From contig DASPZW010000310.1 in assembly GCA_035636055.1 (NCBI GenBank), positions 1 to 31,113 of the forward strand: a stretch of 31,113 nucleotides of DNA, in the 5' to 3' direction. Each line of letters starts with the position of its first letter. Position 1 is the stretch's first letter. A program made the position numbers and the translations under genes. This document shows, one piece after another, positions 15,744-23,967 of the stretch. This DNA is from Actinomycetota bacterium (GTDB taxonomy: Bacteria; Actinomycetota; CADDZG01; JAHWKV01; JAOPZY01). The notes beneath the pieces were generated by a model, which worked only from the letters and a program-made list of their open reading frames with translations, was not told the origin of the DNA and searched no databases.

Positions 15744-16574
15744 ATGTCCGCTGACGTCAATCCTGTTCCGCGCGCGCCGGCCCTGCTCGCCGTCAGCGGC
15801 GTCCGCGTCTGGACGCCCGAGCAGACCGTGCTCCTCGACGACATCAACTGGCATGTCGCCCCCGGCGAGCACTGGGCCCTCCTCGGCCCCAACGGCGCGG
15901 GCAAGTCGACGCTGCTGCGCATCGCCGGCGGCCTGCGCCACCCCAGCGCCGGGACGGTCGACGTCCTGGGGGGGCGCCTCGGCAAGGTCGACGTCCGCAC
16001 CCTGTGGCCACTCATCGGCTTCGTCAACCCGTCGCTCAGGCCGCCGCCCCCCGAGTTGGCGGTCGAGGACGTGGTCCTCACAGGCGCCACCGGCACCATC
16101 CAGCCGCTCTGGGACCGCTACGGCCCCCCCGAGCGTCGCCGGGTGGCGCGGTTGCTGGAGGTCATGGGCGTGGCGCGCCTGGTGGGCAGGGAGTTCGGCA
16201 CCTGCTCGGACGGCGAGCGCGGCAGGGTGCTCATCGCCCGAGCCCTCATGCCCGCACCCCGCCTGCTGCTGCTCGACGAACCCACCGCCGGCCTCGACAT
16301 GGCCGGCCGGGAGGACCTGCTCGCCGGCCTGGCGCAACTCGCCGGCGAGGAGCCCGACCTGGCGAGCGTCGTCGTCTCGCACCACCTCGAGGACTTGCCG
16401 GTGACGACGGACCACGCCCTGCTGCTCAACGGGGGCCGGGTGCTGTCCAGCGGACCGGTCGACGACGTGCTCACCGACCACATCGTGAGCCGCTGCTTTC
16501 AGATCGCGGTCCAGATCCATCGCACCGGGGGCCGCTGGACGGCTGTGCACCCCGCGGCGGTGGCGTCGCGATGA
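15744..16574 (+). CDS. Stand-alone ABC ATPase (ModF/YlmA-like)
   Basis: GPNGAGKS, signature variant CSDGERGRV, LLLLDEP, VSHH; no adjacent permease on this strand. Confidence 0.88.
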   Translation: MSADVNPVPRAPALLAVSGVRVWTPEQTVLLDDINWHVAPGEHWALLGPNGAGKSTLLRIAGGLRHPSAGTVDVLGGRLGKVDVRTLWPLIGFVNPSLRPPPPELAVEDVVLTGATGTIQPLWDRYGPPERRRVARLLEVMGVARLVGREFGTCSDGERGRVLIARALMPAPRLLLLDEPTAGLDMAGREDLLAGLAQLAGEEPDLASVVVSHHLEDLPVTTDHALLLNGGRVLSSGPVDDVLTDHIVSRCFQIAVQIHRTGGRWTAVHPAAVASR

Positions 16575-17917
16575 GCGACCTCCTCGACGAGGTCACCGAC
16601 CTCACCCAGCAGCTCATCCGCAACGCGTGCGTGAACGACGGATCCCCTACGTCGGGCAACGAGACGAAGAGCGCCGAGCTGCTCGCCGGCTACCTCGACG
16701 GATCCGGCCTGGACGTCGAGATCTACGAGCCGCTGCCGGGGCGCGGGAGCCTCGTCGCGCGCATGGAGGGGACCGACCCCGCCGCGCCGAGCCTGCTGCT
16801 CATGGGCCACACCGACGTCGTCCCGGTCAACGAGGACGACTGGCAGCGTGACCCCTTCGGCGGCGACCTCGTCGACGGCGAGGTGTGGGGCCGCGGAGCC
16901 ATCGACATGCTGTGCCTCACCGCCTCGATGGCCGTGGCCGTGCGGCGGCTGGCCGGGGAGGGGTTCCGCCCGTTGGGGGACCTGGCCTACCTCGCCGTCG
17001 CCGACGAGGAAGCCGGTGGCACCTACGGCGCCGAGTGGCTGGTGGAGAACGAGCGCGACGCCGTGCGCGCCGACTACTGCATTACCGAGTCCGGCGGCTT
17101 CGCACTCCCGATGCCCTCGGGCGGCGGGCCCAAGCTGCCGGTCACGGTCGCCGAGAAGGGCGTCCACTGGTGCACCCTCCGGGCGAGGGGCACCCCCGGG
17201 CACGGCTCCCGGCCCTTCCGGGGTGACAACGCCCTGGTCAAGGCCGCGGAGGTCATCCGGCGCCTCTCCGACTACCGTCCGGGGGCGGTGGTCCCCGATG
17301 TCTGGCGCCGCTTCGTGGAGGGGATGGAACTGTCCCCCGAGCAGAGCGGCGGGCTGCTCGACCCGGCCGGCATCGACCAGGTCTGCGAGACCGCCACCGA
17401 CGCGTCCTACGCCCGCTTCGTCCACGCCTCGACCCACACCTCGATCGCCCCGACGATGATGGAGGCCGGGGCCAAGGCCAACGTCATCCCCGACCGGGCC
17501 AAACTCGTGCTCGACATCCGGACGCTGCCCGGCCAGACGGAGCGGGAGGTGGAGACCATGCTCGCCGACGCCCTCGGTGACCTGGCCGGGTCGATCGAGA
17601 TCACCGTCGACACCCACGATCCGTCCACGGGCTCCCCCCTGAAGACGCCGCTGTGGGACTCCCTCAGCAGGGTCTCGTCGCGCCTGGTCCCCGGTGCGCG
17701 GGTCGTCCCCTTCCTGGCCACGGGCGCCAGCGACGCCAGGTTCTTCCGGAGCCTCGGCACGACCTCCTACGGGTTCGGGCTGTTCAGCGAGCGGCTCAGC
17801 TTCACCGAGTACTCCGCTCGGGTCCACGGCGACGACGAGCGGATCGACCAGGAGTCCCTGGGTCTGTGCGCCGAGCTCTGGCCGGCCGTGGCGCGGGATC
17901 TGCTGGGCGGCTCGTGA
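16571..17917 (+). CDS. M20/M25/M40-family metallopeptidase or deacylase
   Basis: MGHTDVV, GRGAIDM, ADEEAGG, TESG and HGDDERI metal/catalytic motifs; ATG 16571 forms an ATGA overlap with the ATPase stop. Confidence 0.92.
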   Translation: MSDLLDEVTDLTQQLIRNACVNDGSPTSGNETKSAELLAGYLDGSGLDVEIYEPLPGRGSLVARMEGTDPAAPSLLLMGHTDVVPVNEDDWQRDPFGGDLVDGEVWGRGAIDMLCLTASMAVAVRRLAGEGFRPLGDLAYLAVADEEAGGTYGAEWLVENERDAVRADYCITESGGFALPMPSGGGPKLPVTVAEKGVHWCTLRARGTPGHGSRPFRGDNALVKAAEVIRRLSDYRPGAVVPDVWRRFVEGMELSPEQSGGLLDPAGIDQVCETATDASYARFVHASTHTSIAPTMMEAGAKANVIPDRAKLVLDIRTLPGQTEREVETMLADALGDLAGSIEITVDTHDPSTGSPLKTPLWDSLSRVSSRLVPGARVVPFLATGASDARFFRSLGTTSYGFGLFSERLSFTEYSARVHGDDERIDQESLGLCAELWPAVARDLLGGS

Positions 17918-18011
17918 GTACAAAGTTCATCAGATCGTCATACGCGCGTGACATTGCCGCCGGTTGTCCCGCGCAGTATGGACGGATGCGCCTTGCCTGC
18001 CGAGACGAGCG

Positions 18012-20810
18012 GTGACCGCACTCGGGCCCGGCCGTGCCCTCCGGCTCGAAGCCCTCTCGACCCCCGACCCGCGGAGCGGCGCCAACCCCCAGGCCGCGCT
18101 GCGTGCCGACATCCGCCGGCTTGGCGACCTCCTGGAGCAGTCCCTCGCCCGGCAGGAGGGCCCCGAGTTGCCCGCCCTCGTGCGCCGCATCCGCGTCCTG
18201 ACCGAGCGGTCCCTCTCGGCGTCGCTCCAGGCGGCTGAGGAGCTCCGGACCATGCTGGACGGCCTCGACCTGGGGACGACGATCCGCCTGGTCCGGGCGT
18301 TCTCCGCCTACTCCCGCCTCGCCACGGTCGCCCAGCAGGTCCACCAGGTCGGGGAACTCGCCGACCTGCAGCACTACCGCGTCGGCCGCCTCAGCCAGAC
18401 GGTGGACCGCATCCTCGACGACGGGGAGGGCCCGGAGCTGATCCAGCGGATCGCTGCCAACCTCGAGATGCGCCCGGTCTTCACTGCCCATCCCACGGAG
18501 GCAGCACGGCGCTCCGTGCTCACCAAGCTGCGGCAGGTGGCCCGGCTGCTGGTCCAGCGCTCGACGGCGACTACCGACACCGACGTCGAGCGCACCGACC
18601 GCCGGATCGCCGAGGTCATCGACGCCATGTGGCAGACCGACGAGCTGCGCCAGGGCAAGCCGGAGCCGCTGGAGGAGGCGGCCAGCGTCCTGTTCTACCT
18701 CGACGAGCTGTACCGCGAGGTCGTGCCCGACCTGCTGGAGGACCTCGACCGGGAACTGTCCCGGCTCGGCATCGCGCTCCCGCTGAGCGCCCGTCCGCTG
18801 CGGTTCGGCAACTGGGTGGGCGGGGACCGCGACGGCAACCCGTTCATCACCGCGGCGGTCACGCTGGAGGTCCTCCAGGCGCAGCACGAGCGGGGTCTCG
18901 CCGCCCTGGTCCGTATCGTGGACGACCTCTACCGGGACCTCAGCAGCTCGGTGCGGGTCGTCGGCATCTCCGAGGAGCTGGGGACCAGCCTGAAGGAGGA
19001 CGACGCGGCCCTGCCCGAGGTCTTCGAGGCCTACCGGCGCCTGCACGCAGAGGAGCCCTACCGCCTCAAGTGCTGCCTCGTCCGCCAGCGCCTGATCAAC
19101 ACCGCCGCGCGCCTCCGGGACGCCGGGCCGTACCGGCCGGGGAAGGAGTACGCAGACCCGGGGGCGCTGCTCGAGGACCTCGGCCTGATGGAGGCGTCCC
19201 TCCGGGAAAACCGCGGCGACCTGCTCGCCGGCCTGCTGCGCCGGGCCATGCGCACCGCCGCCGTGCTCGGGTTCGGCATGGCGACCATGGACGTCCGCGA
19301 GCACGCGTCGGCCCACCACGAGGTGGTGGGCGCGCTCTTCGACCGGGTGGGGGCGCTGCCAGCTCCGTACGCAACCCTCCAGCCCGACGAGCGACACGAG
19401 ATCCTCGCGGGAGAGCTGTCGAGCCGCCGCCCGCTGATCGGGCCCACCACCACGCTGGAGGGCGACAGAGCCCGCACGATGGGGGCCTTCGACGCCATCC
19501 GCACCGCGCTCGACCGTTTCGGCCCCGATACCGTGGAGAGCTACGTGGTCTCCACGACCCGCGGCCCCGACGACATCCTGGCCGCCGCCGTCCTTGCCCG
19601 GGAGGCGGGGCTGATCGACGTGCACAGCGGCGTCGCAAGGATCGGCTTCGTCCCGCTCTTCGAGACCATCGACGAGCTGCGCCAGGCGGGCCCGATCATG
19701 GACGCGCTTCTCAGCGAGCCGGCCTACCGGCGCATCGTCGAGCTGCGGGGCGACGTGCAGGAGGTGATGCTCGGCTACTCGGACTCCAACAAGGATGCCG
19801 GCATCACGACGTCGCAGTGGGAGATCCACCGTGCCCAGCGGCAACTCCGGGACGTGGCGCAGAGCCACGGCGCCGTCCTCCGGCTCTTCCACGGCAGAGG
19901 CGGGACGGTGAGCCGGGGTGGCGGCCCGACGCACGAGGCCATCCTCGCCCAGCCGTACGGGACCCTCGAAGGGCAGATCAAGGTCACAGAGCAGGGCGAG
20001 ACGATCTCCGCGAAGTACGGGCTGCCCCGCCTCGCTCGCTACAACCTGGAACTGGCCCTGGGGGCGGTGCTCGAGGCATCGCTGCTGCACCGCGAGTCGC
20101 GGGTGCCCGCGGGCGTGCTTGAGCACTGGGACGCGGTCATGCAGGAGGTGTCCGATGGGGCCTTCGGCGCCTACCGCAGGTTCGTGGAGACGCCGGGCCT
20201 GCTCGAGTACTTCAAGGCCGCCACACCCGCGGAGGAGCTCGGCAACCTCAACATGGGCTCACGGCCCGCCTCCCGTCCCGGCGGGGAGAACGGGCTGGCG
20301 AGCATGCGCGCCATCCCGTGGGTGTTCGGCTGGACCCAGTCCCGGCAGCTGGTCCCCGGATGGTACGGCCTGGGTTCGGGGCTCGCCGCCGCTCGCAAAC
20401 GGGGATGGTCCGACGCCCTGGCCGACATGTACCGGCGCTGGCACTTCTTCCGCACCTTCATCTCCAAGATCGAGATGACCCTGGCGAAGACGGACATGGA
20501 GATCGCCGAACACTACGTCCGCACGCTGGTGGATCCGTCCTTGCGGCACCTGTTCGAGGCAGTCCGGGCCGAGCACGAGTTGACGGTCCGGGAGGTCATC
20601 CGCCTGACCGGCGAGCAGCGGCTCCTCGACCGCCAGCCGGACCTGCAGCGGGCGATCCTGGTCCGCAGGCCGCAGCTGGACCCGATCTGCTACCTCCAGG
20701 TGGGCCTGCTCGCCCGACTCCGGGCGGCCGGCGAGGCCGACCCACTACTTCGCCGGGCGCTGCTGCTGACGGTGAATGGCGTCGCGGCCGGCCTGGGCAA
20801 CACCGGCTAG
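18012..20810 (+). CDS. ppc: Phosphoenolpyruvate carboxylase (bacterial type)
   Basis: VFTAHPTE, GGDRDGNP, MLGYSDSNKDAG, FHGRGGTVSRGGGP, RAIPWVFGWTQ, C-terminal NTG. Start uncertain (GTG 18012 or TTG 17964). Confidence 0.96.
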   Translation: MTALGPGRALRLEALSTPDPRSGANPQAALRADIRRLGDLLEQSLARQEGPELPALVRRIRVLTERSLSASLQAAEELRTMLDGLDLGTTIRLVRAFSAYSRLATVAQQVHQVGELADLQHYRVGRLSQTVDRILDDGEGPELIQRIAANLEMRPVFTAHPTEAARRSVLTKLRQVARLLVQRSTATTDTDVERTDRRIAEVIDAMWQTDELRQGKPEPLEEAASVLFYLDELYREVVPDLLEDLDRELSRLGIALPLSARPLRFGNWVGGDRDGNPFITAAVTLEVLQAQHERGLAALVRIVDDLYRDLSSSVRVVGISEELGTSLKEDDAALPEVFEAYRRLHAEEPYRLKCCLVRQRLINTAARLRDAGPYRPGKEYADPGALLEDLGLMEASLRENRGDLLAGLLRRAMRTAAVLGFGMATMDVREHASAHHEVVGALFDRVGALPAPYATLQPDERHEILAGELSSRRPLIGPTTTLEGDRARTMGAFDAIRTALDRFGPDTVESYVVSTTRGPDDILAAAVLAREAGLIDVHSGVARIGFVPLFETIDELRQAGPIMDALLSEPAYRRIVELRGDVQEVMLGYSDSNKDAGITTSQWEIHRAQRQLRDVAQSHGAVLRLFHGRGGTVSRGGGPTHEAILAQPYGTLEGQIKVTEQGETISAKYGLPRLARYNLELALGAVLEASLLHRESRVPAGVLEHWDAVMQEVSDGAFGAYRRFVETPGLLEYFKAATPAEELGNLNMGSRPASRPGGENGLASMRAIPWVFGWTQSRQLVPGWYGLGSGLAAARKRGWSDALADMYRRWHFFRTFISKIEMTLAKTDMEIAEHYVRTLVDPSLRHLFEAVRAEHELTVREVIRLTGEQRLLDRQPDLQRAILVRRPQLDPICYLQVGLLARLRAAGEADPLLRRALLLTVNGVAAGLGNTG

Positions 20811-20875
20811 GGGTCGCCCACGGCGCCTGGCCCGCTCCGGGAGGAGGGGGCCACGAGAGGAAAACAGAAAGACAA

Positions 20876-20898
20876 TCGCCCGGGGGATCCCCGGGCGA
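20876..20898 (-). terminator. Intrinsic terminator of the small minus-strand ORF
   Basis: TCGCCCGGG/CCCGGGCGA stem followed on the minus strand by TTGTCTTTCTGTTTT; 19 bp after the small ORF stop. Confidence 0.7.
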
Positions 20899-20917
20899 CG
20901 AAGCTGGAGCGGGCGTC

Positions 20918-21037
20918 CTACCCCTTCTTGTACTTGTTGTAGCCGTAGAAGCCGAAGCCGACGGCTACGACCACGAGCATGACGGTGAGAAACACCTGAA
21001 AGCTTGCACCCGAGCCGAGGTCTGCCAAAACTGTCAT
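20918..21037 (-). CDS. 39-aa single-pass small membrane protein (below the ORF-track cutoff)
   Basis: MTVLADLGSGASFQVFLTVMLVVVAVGFGFYGYNKYKKG; GGGAGG at 21043-21048, 5 nt from the ATG; GC3-rich codons; own terminator. Confidence 0.75.
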   Translation of the reverse strand: MTVLADLGSGASFQVFLTVMLVVVAVGFGFYGYNKYKKG

Positions 21038-21243
21038 GCCTGCCTCCCATCACTCCCGAGCTACCGGACCGGACCATCCAAAGCCTAAGCTCCGCTCTGC
21101 CTCGGAGCCTCGGTGCCGAAAAAACTACATCAAGCGTATGCCCCAGTGCGAGTTTTTGCCGTACCTTGGCACATGCGAACGAGGGAAGATGCGCACCGGC
21201 GCCAGCGTTGTCCCTGCGGGGAACCCCAAAGAGGTACGTCGGG

Positions 21244-21546
21244 ATGACACGGAGGACCGCCGGGGGCGCCAACCCCCTCACGATCCTGCTGCGGGGAGCG
21301 GTGCTGCGGTGCCCCAGGTGCGGGCGGCGCACGCTGTCCTCCGGGTGGATCAAACCACCGGACCCGTGCCCCGACTGCGGACTCAGCTTCGACCGCGACA
21401 ACGACGCAACGGTCGGGTGGATCATCGTCAACCTCGGTATCACCGAGATCCTCTTCGTCCTGTTCGGGTTCACGGCTCCGAGCGCCTGGCCGCCTTTTAA
21501 GCCGGCTGACCCCGGCCCCCGGCGACGCAATCCACAAGCCCGGTAG
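21244..21546 (+). pseudogene. DUF983-like zinc-ribbon membrane protein, apparently C-terminally truncated
   Basis: CPRCG and CPDCG knuckles then one TM (GWIIVNLGITEILFVLFGF), after which the frame becomes Pro/Arg-rich and stops; GAGGT precedes ATG 21244. Could instead be a short intact variant. Confidence 0.55.
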
Positions 21547-21588
21547 ATTCCTCCAAAAAGTGCGGATAGCGCACCTTTCGGAGGAATC
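21546..21588 (-). terminator. 19-bp hairpin between convergent genes, probable terminator
   Basis: GATTCCTCC-AAAAAGTGCG-gatag-CGCACCTTTC-GGAGGAATC; both mismatches become G-U wobbles on the minus strand, i.e. on the PLDc_N transcript. Confidence 0.65.
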
Positions 21589-21610
21589 TTGGTCGAGAGG
21601 GTGCCTGCTA

Positions 21611-21988
21611 CTAGGCCTCCGGCGTGTCCGAGTCCCCTTCCTCGCGGCGGCGAAGCTCCTCCTCACGCCGGCGGAGTTCCTGCTCCCAGCCCTCCAGGCG
21701 GTGACGTTCCATGGTCGCCATGAAGTCCGGCGAGTCCTCGGGGCCGAGCGCCCGCCGCTGCGGCTTGTAGCCGCCCACCTGCGAGCCGATGCGGAATCCC
21801 GCCCCCACCGGCCGGCCGAGAAGCAGCCATGCGATGCACCCCACGTCTGAGAGGATGATCACGAGGAACAGCCAGGCGTACTTCGGCAGGTTGCGGCAGA
21901 GCACGTCCTCGGTCGAGATGACGTCGAGGATGCAGAAGACCCACAGGAACAACAGCGCGATGCCGAGAAACCCTTCCCCGAAAATCAC
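21611..21988 (-). CDS. PLDc_N (phospholipase D N-terminal-like) two-TM small membrane protein with charged tail
   Basis: LWVFCILDVI...LPKYAWLFLVIILSDVGCIAWLLLGRP, then ALGPEDSPDF and an E/R-rich tail; AAGGAGG before GTG 21988. Confidence 0.8.
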   Translation of the reverse strand: MIFGEGFLGIALLFLWVFCILDVISTEDVLCRNLPKYAWLFLVIILSDVGCIAWLLLGRPVGAGFRIGSQVGGYKPQRRALGPEDSPDFMATMERHRLEGWEQELRRREEELRRREEGDSDTPEA

Positions 21989-22075
21989 GGCGCACCCCTC
22001 CTTCGTCGCGAAGTCCTTTGCACGACCAAAAGTATGGTCGCTTCGGGACGGAAGCGCCTGCTGGCCGCGAAAAAC

Positions 22076-22101
22076 GGAGGGGCCGAGCAATCGGCCCCTC
22101 C
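22076..22101 (-). terminator. Intrinsic terminator of the cold-shock gene
   Basis: Perfect 11-bp stem GGAGGGGCCGA/TCGGCCCCTCC with a 4-nt loop, followed on the minus strand by GTTTTT. Confidence 0.8.
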
Positions 22102-22125
22102 AGTTGTTTGCTGCGGAGTTTGGTG

Positions 22126-22323
22126 CTACACCGGTCGAACGTTGGTCGCCTGCAGGCCCTTCGGACCCTGGTTGACCTCGAACTCGACGATCTGGTTCTC
22201 GGAAAGTGACTTGAATCCCGTTCCGAGAATGCCGGTGTGATGGACGAAGAGGTCCTCGCCCCCATCTTGCGAGATGAATCCGAAGCCCTTCTCGTCACTG
22301 AACCACTTGACGGTTCCACGCAT
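22126..22323 (-). CDS. Cold-shock domain protein (CspA family), 65 aa
   Basis: [15 protein letters not shown] (RNP1), LFVHH (RNP2), [10 protein letters not shown]; AAGGGAGG before ATG 22323. Confidence 0.97.
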   Translation of the reverse strand: MRGTVKWFSDEKGFGFISQDGGEDLFVHHTGILGTGFKSLSENQIVEFEVNQGPKGLQATNVRPV

Positions 22324-22342
22324 ATCTGTGCCCTCCCTTCTC

Positions 22343-22356
22343 GCCGCCGAAGCGGC
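22343..22356 (-). promoter_or_regulatory. c(UUCG)g tetraloop hairpin in the csp 5' leader, beside the RBS
   Basis: Minus strand GCCGC-TTCG-GCGGC, immediately upstream of the SD. Confidence 0.45.
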
Positions 22357-22473
22357 CAAGTGTGCTGCAGTTCGGGTCCAGATAAGGCAGAGCTGTCTAC
22401 TCATGGGGCCTTAGGCGAAACCGATACCTACAACCACTACCACCGTAACAGATTCCCCGGGTGACGCTGGTAG

Positions 22474-23967
22474 TCAGTGGGAGGCGGCGAGGAGCCGGTC
22501 GAGGAGCACCGGCACGTCGACGCGGGCCATCCCGATCGCCTGGTCCCCGAAGCCGAACGGCAGGATCATGGCGTCGCCGTGCAGGACGGCGCCGCAGGAG
22601 TAGACGACGTTCGGGACGTAGCCGTTGCGCTCGTCCGCGGCGGGGATGACCAGGGGCTCGCGCAGCGCCCCGATCACCCGAGAGGGGTCGTTCAGGTCGA
22701 GGAGGGTCACCCCGATGGAGTACGTGCGCATCGGCCCGACGCCGTGGGTGAGCACGAGCCAGCCCTCGGGCGTCTCGATGGGTGAACCGCAGTTGCCGAT
22801 CTGCACCAACTCCCACGGGTAGCGGGGCAGCTGGATGGTGTCCCCGCCCTCCCAGGACCACAGGTCGTCCGACACGACGAGGGAGATGGACTCGCGGTCC
22901 CATCGGGAAAGGCTCAGGTACCGACCGTCCACCCGGCGGGGGAACAGCGCCATGCCCTTGTTCCTGACGGCCGGCCCGCTCAGCTGGTGGGCCTTGAACG
23001 TCCGGAAGTCCTGGGTTGCCAGGAGCTGGGGGACGATATGACTCCCGTCGTAGGCGGTGTAGGTCGCGTAGTACATGACGGCACCGTCTTCACCGACGAA
23101 CCGCACGAAGCGGACGTCCTCGATCCCGTTGGACTCGGTCGGGCCGGTGGGGACCAGGAGCCGTTCGCTGATGGCGGTGTCCTGGGGGAAGCTCACCTCG
23201 TAGTTGTTGGCGGCCACCCAGCCAAGCCGGCGGACGGTGTCGCGGGCCACGTTCCTGCTCAGGATGTGGCGGTCGAGCTTCCCGACGGCCTGGTCGAGGG
23301 CCAGCTTGTCGAAGCGGGGGCCGAGGCCGTCGAGGACGAGGTGGGCGGTGTCCTCGTCGTAGCCCACCTCCGCCATCTGGGCGTAGAAGATGTCCCGTTC
23401 GTACGCCGCGGGCCGCGGCCGTCCCGCGAGGAGAAGCGTCCCCGGCGGATCCACCCGGACCTGGTCGTCGGCGCCGATGACGCCGGTGCGGAACTCGACG
23501 GTGGAGATATGACCTTCCCCGACCGCACGGGCGCTGAGGACGAACCGGAGCTCGTCCGGACCGAGGCCGGTCTGGTCCGGGTGCGCCACTATCGACGGGT
23601 TCGTCAGGGCGGCACCCTCTGGGGACTCCTCGTGGGTGAAGTACGCACCGATGAGCAACTGCCGCCCCGGTGAGAGTTCCACGCCGGCCAGGCGGGGGGC
23701 CACGATCTCGTAGTGCCGCTGGAAGAGGGCCTCGAGGCCCCGGTGACGACCGGCGAAGCGGCGGGTGAGATCGGCGAGGGTCGCCGACACCTCGTCCTCG
23801 GTCAGGGCGAGGACCCGCTCGATGACCGCGGTGGCACGCGAGTGGTCCTCCGGCATCTCCTCGCCTGGCATGAAGAGGGTTGCGACCACCCGGGACGCGT
23901 CCGGCAGCAGCCGCACGGGCATCCGGGTGAGGATGGGGCTGCGGGTGGCGGTCGTGGCGCTGGTCAC
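22474..23967 (-). CDS. Glycoside hydrolase family 130 protein (long form with helical N-terminal/insert region)
   Basis: NPSIV, SARAVGEGHIS, GIEDVRFV, TYTAYDG, NKGMALFP, IGNCGSPIETPEGWLVLTHGV, YVPNVVYSCG. GTG 23967 overlaps the upstream stop (GTGA). Confidence 0.88.
   Translation of the reverse strand: MTSATTATRSPILTRMPVRLLPDASRVVATLFMPGEEMPEDHSRATAVIERVLALTEDEVSATLADLTRRFAGRHRGLEALFQRHYEIVAPRLAGVELSPGRQLLIGAYFTHEESPEGAALTNPSIVAHPDQTGLGPDELRFVLSARAVGEGHISTVEFRTGVIGADDQVRVDPPGTLLLAGRPRPAAYERDIFYAQMAEVGYDEDTAHLVLDGLGPRFDKLALDQAVGKLDRHILSRNVARDTVRRLGWVAANNYEVSFPQDTAISERLLVPTGPTESNGIEDVRFVRFVGEDGAVMYYATYTAYDGSHIVPQLLATQDFRTFKAHQLSGPAVRNKGMALFPRRVDGRYLSLSRWDRESISLVVSDDLWSWEGGDTIQLPRYPWELVQIGNCGSPIETPEGWLVLTHGVGPMRTYSIGVTLLDLNDPSRVIGALREPLVIPAADERNGYVPNVVYSCGAVLHGDAMILPFGFGDQAIGMARVDVPVLLDRLLAASH

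Noticed and set aside
17964-20810. ppc as a CO2-recapture arm of the biuret pathway
   Set aside because: Opposite strand, separate transcription unit and a common housekeeping gene; proximity alone is not evidence.
21060-21165. GGCAAA and CAAAGCC words reminiscent of a c-di-GMP-I riboswitch near the small ORF
   Set aside because: They lie on opposite strands, and the intervening GNRA stem and receptor are missing.
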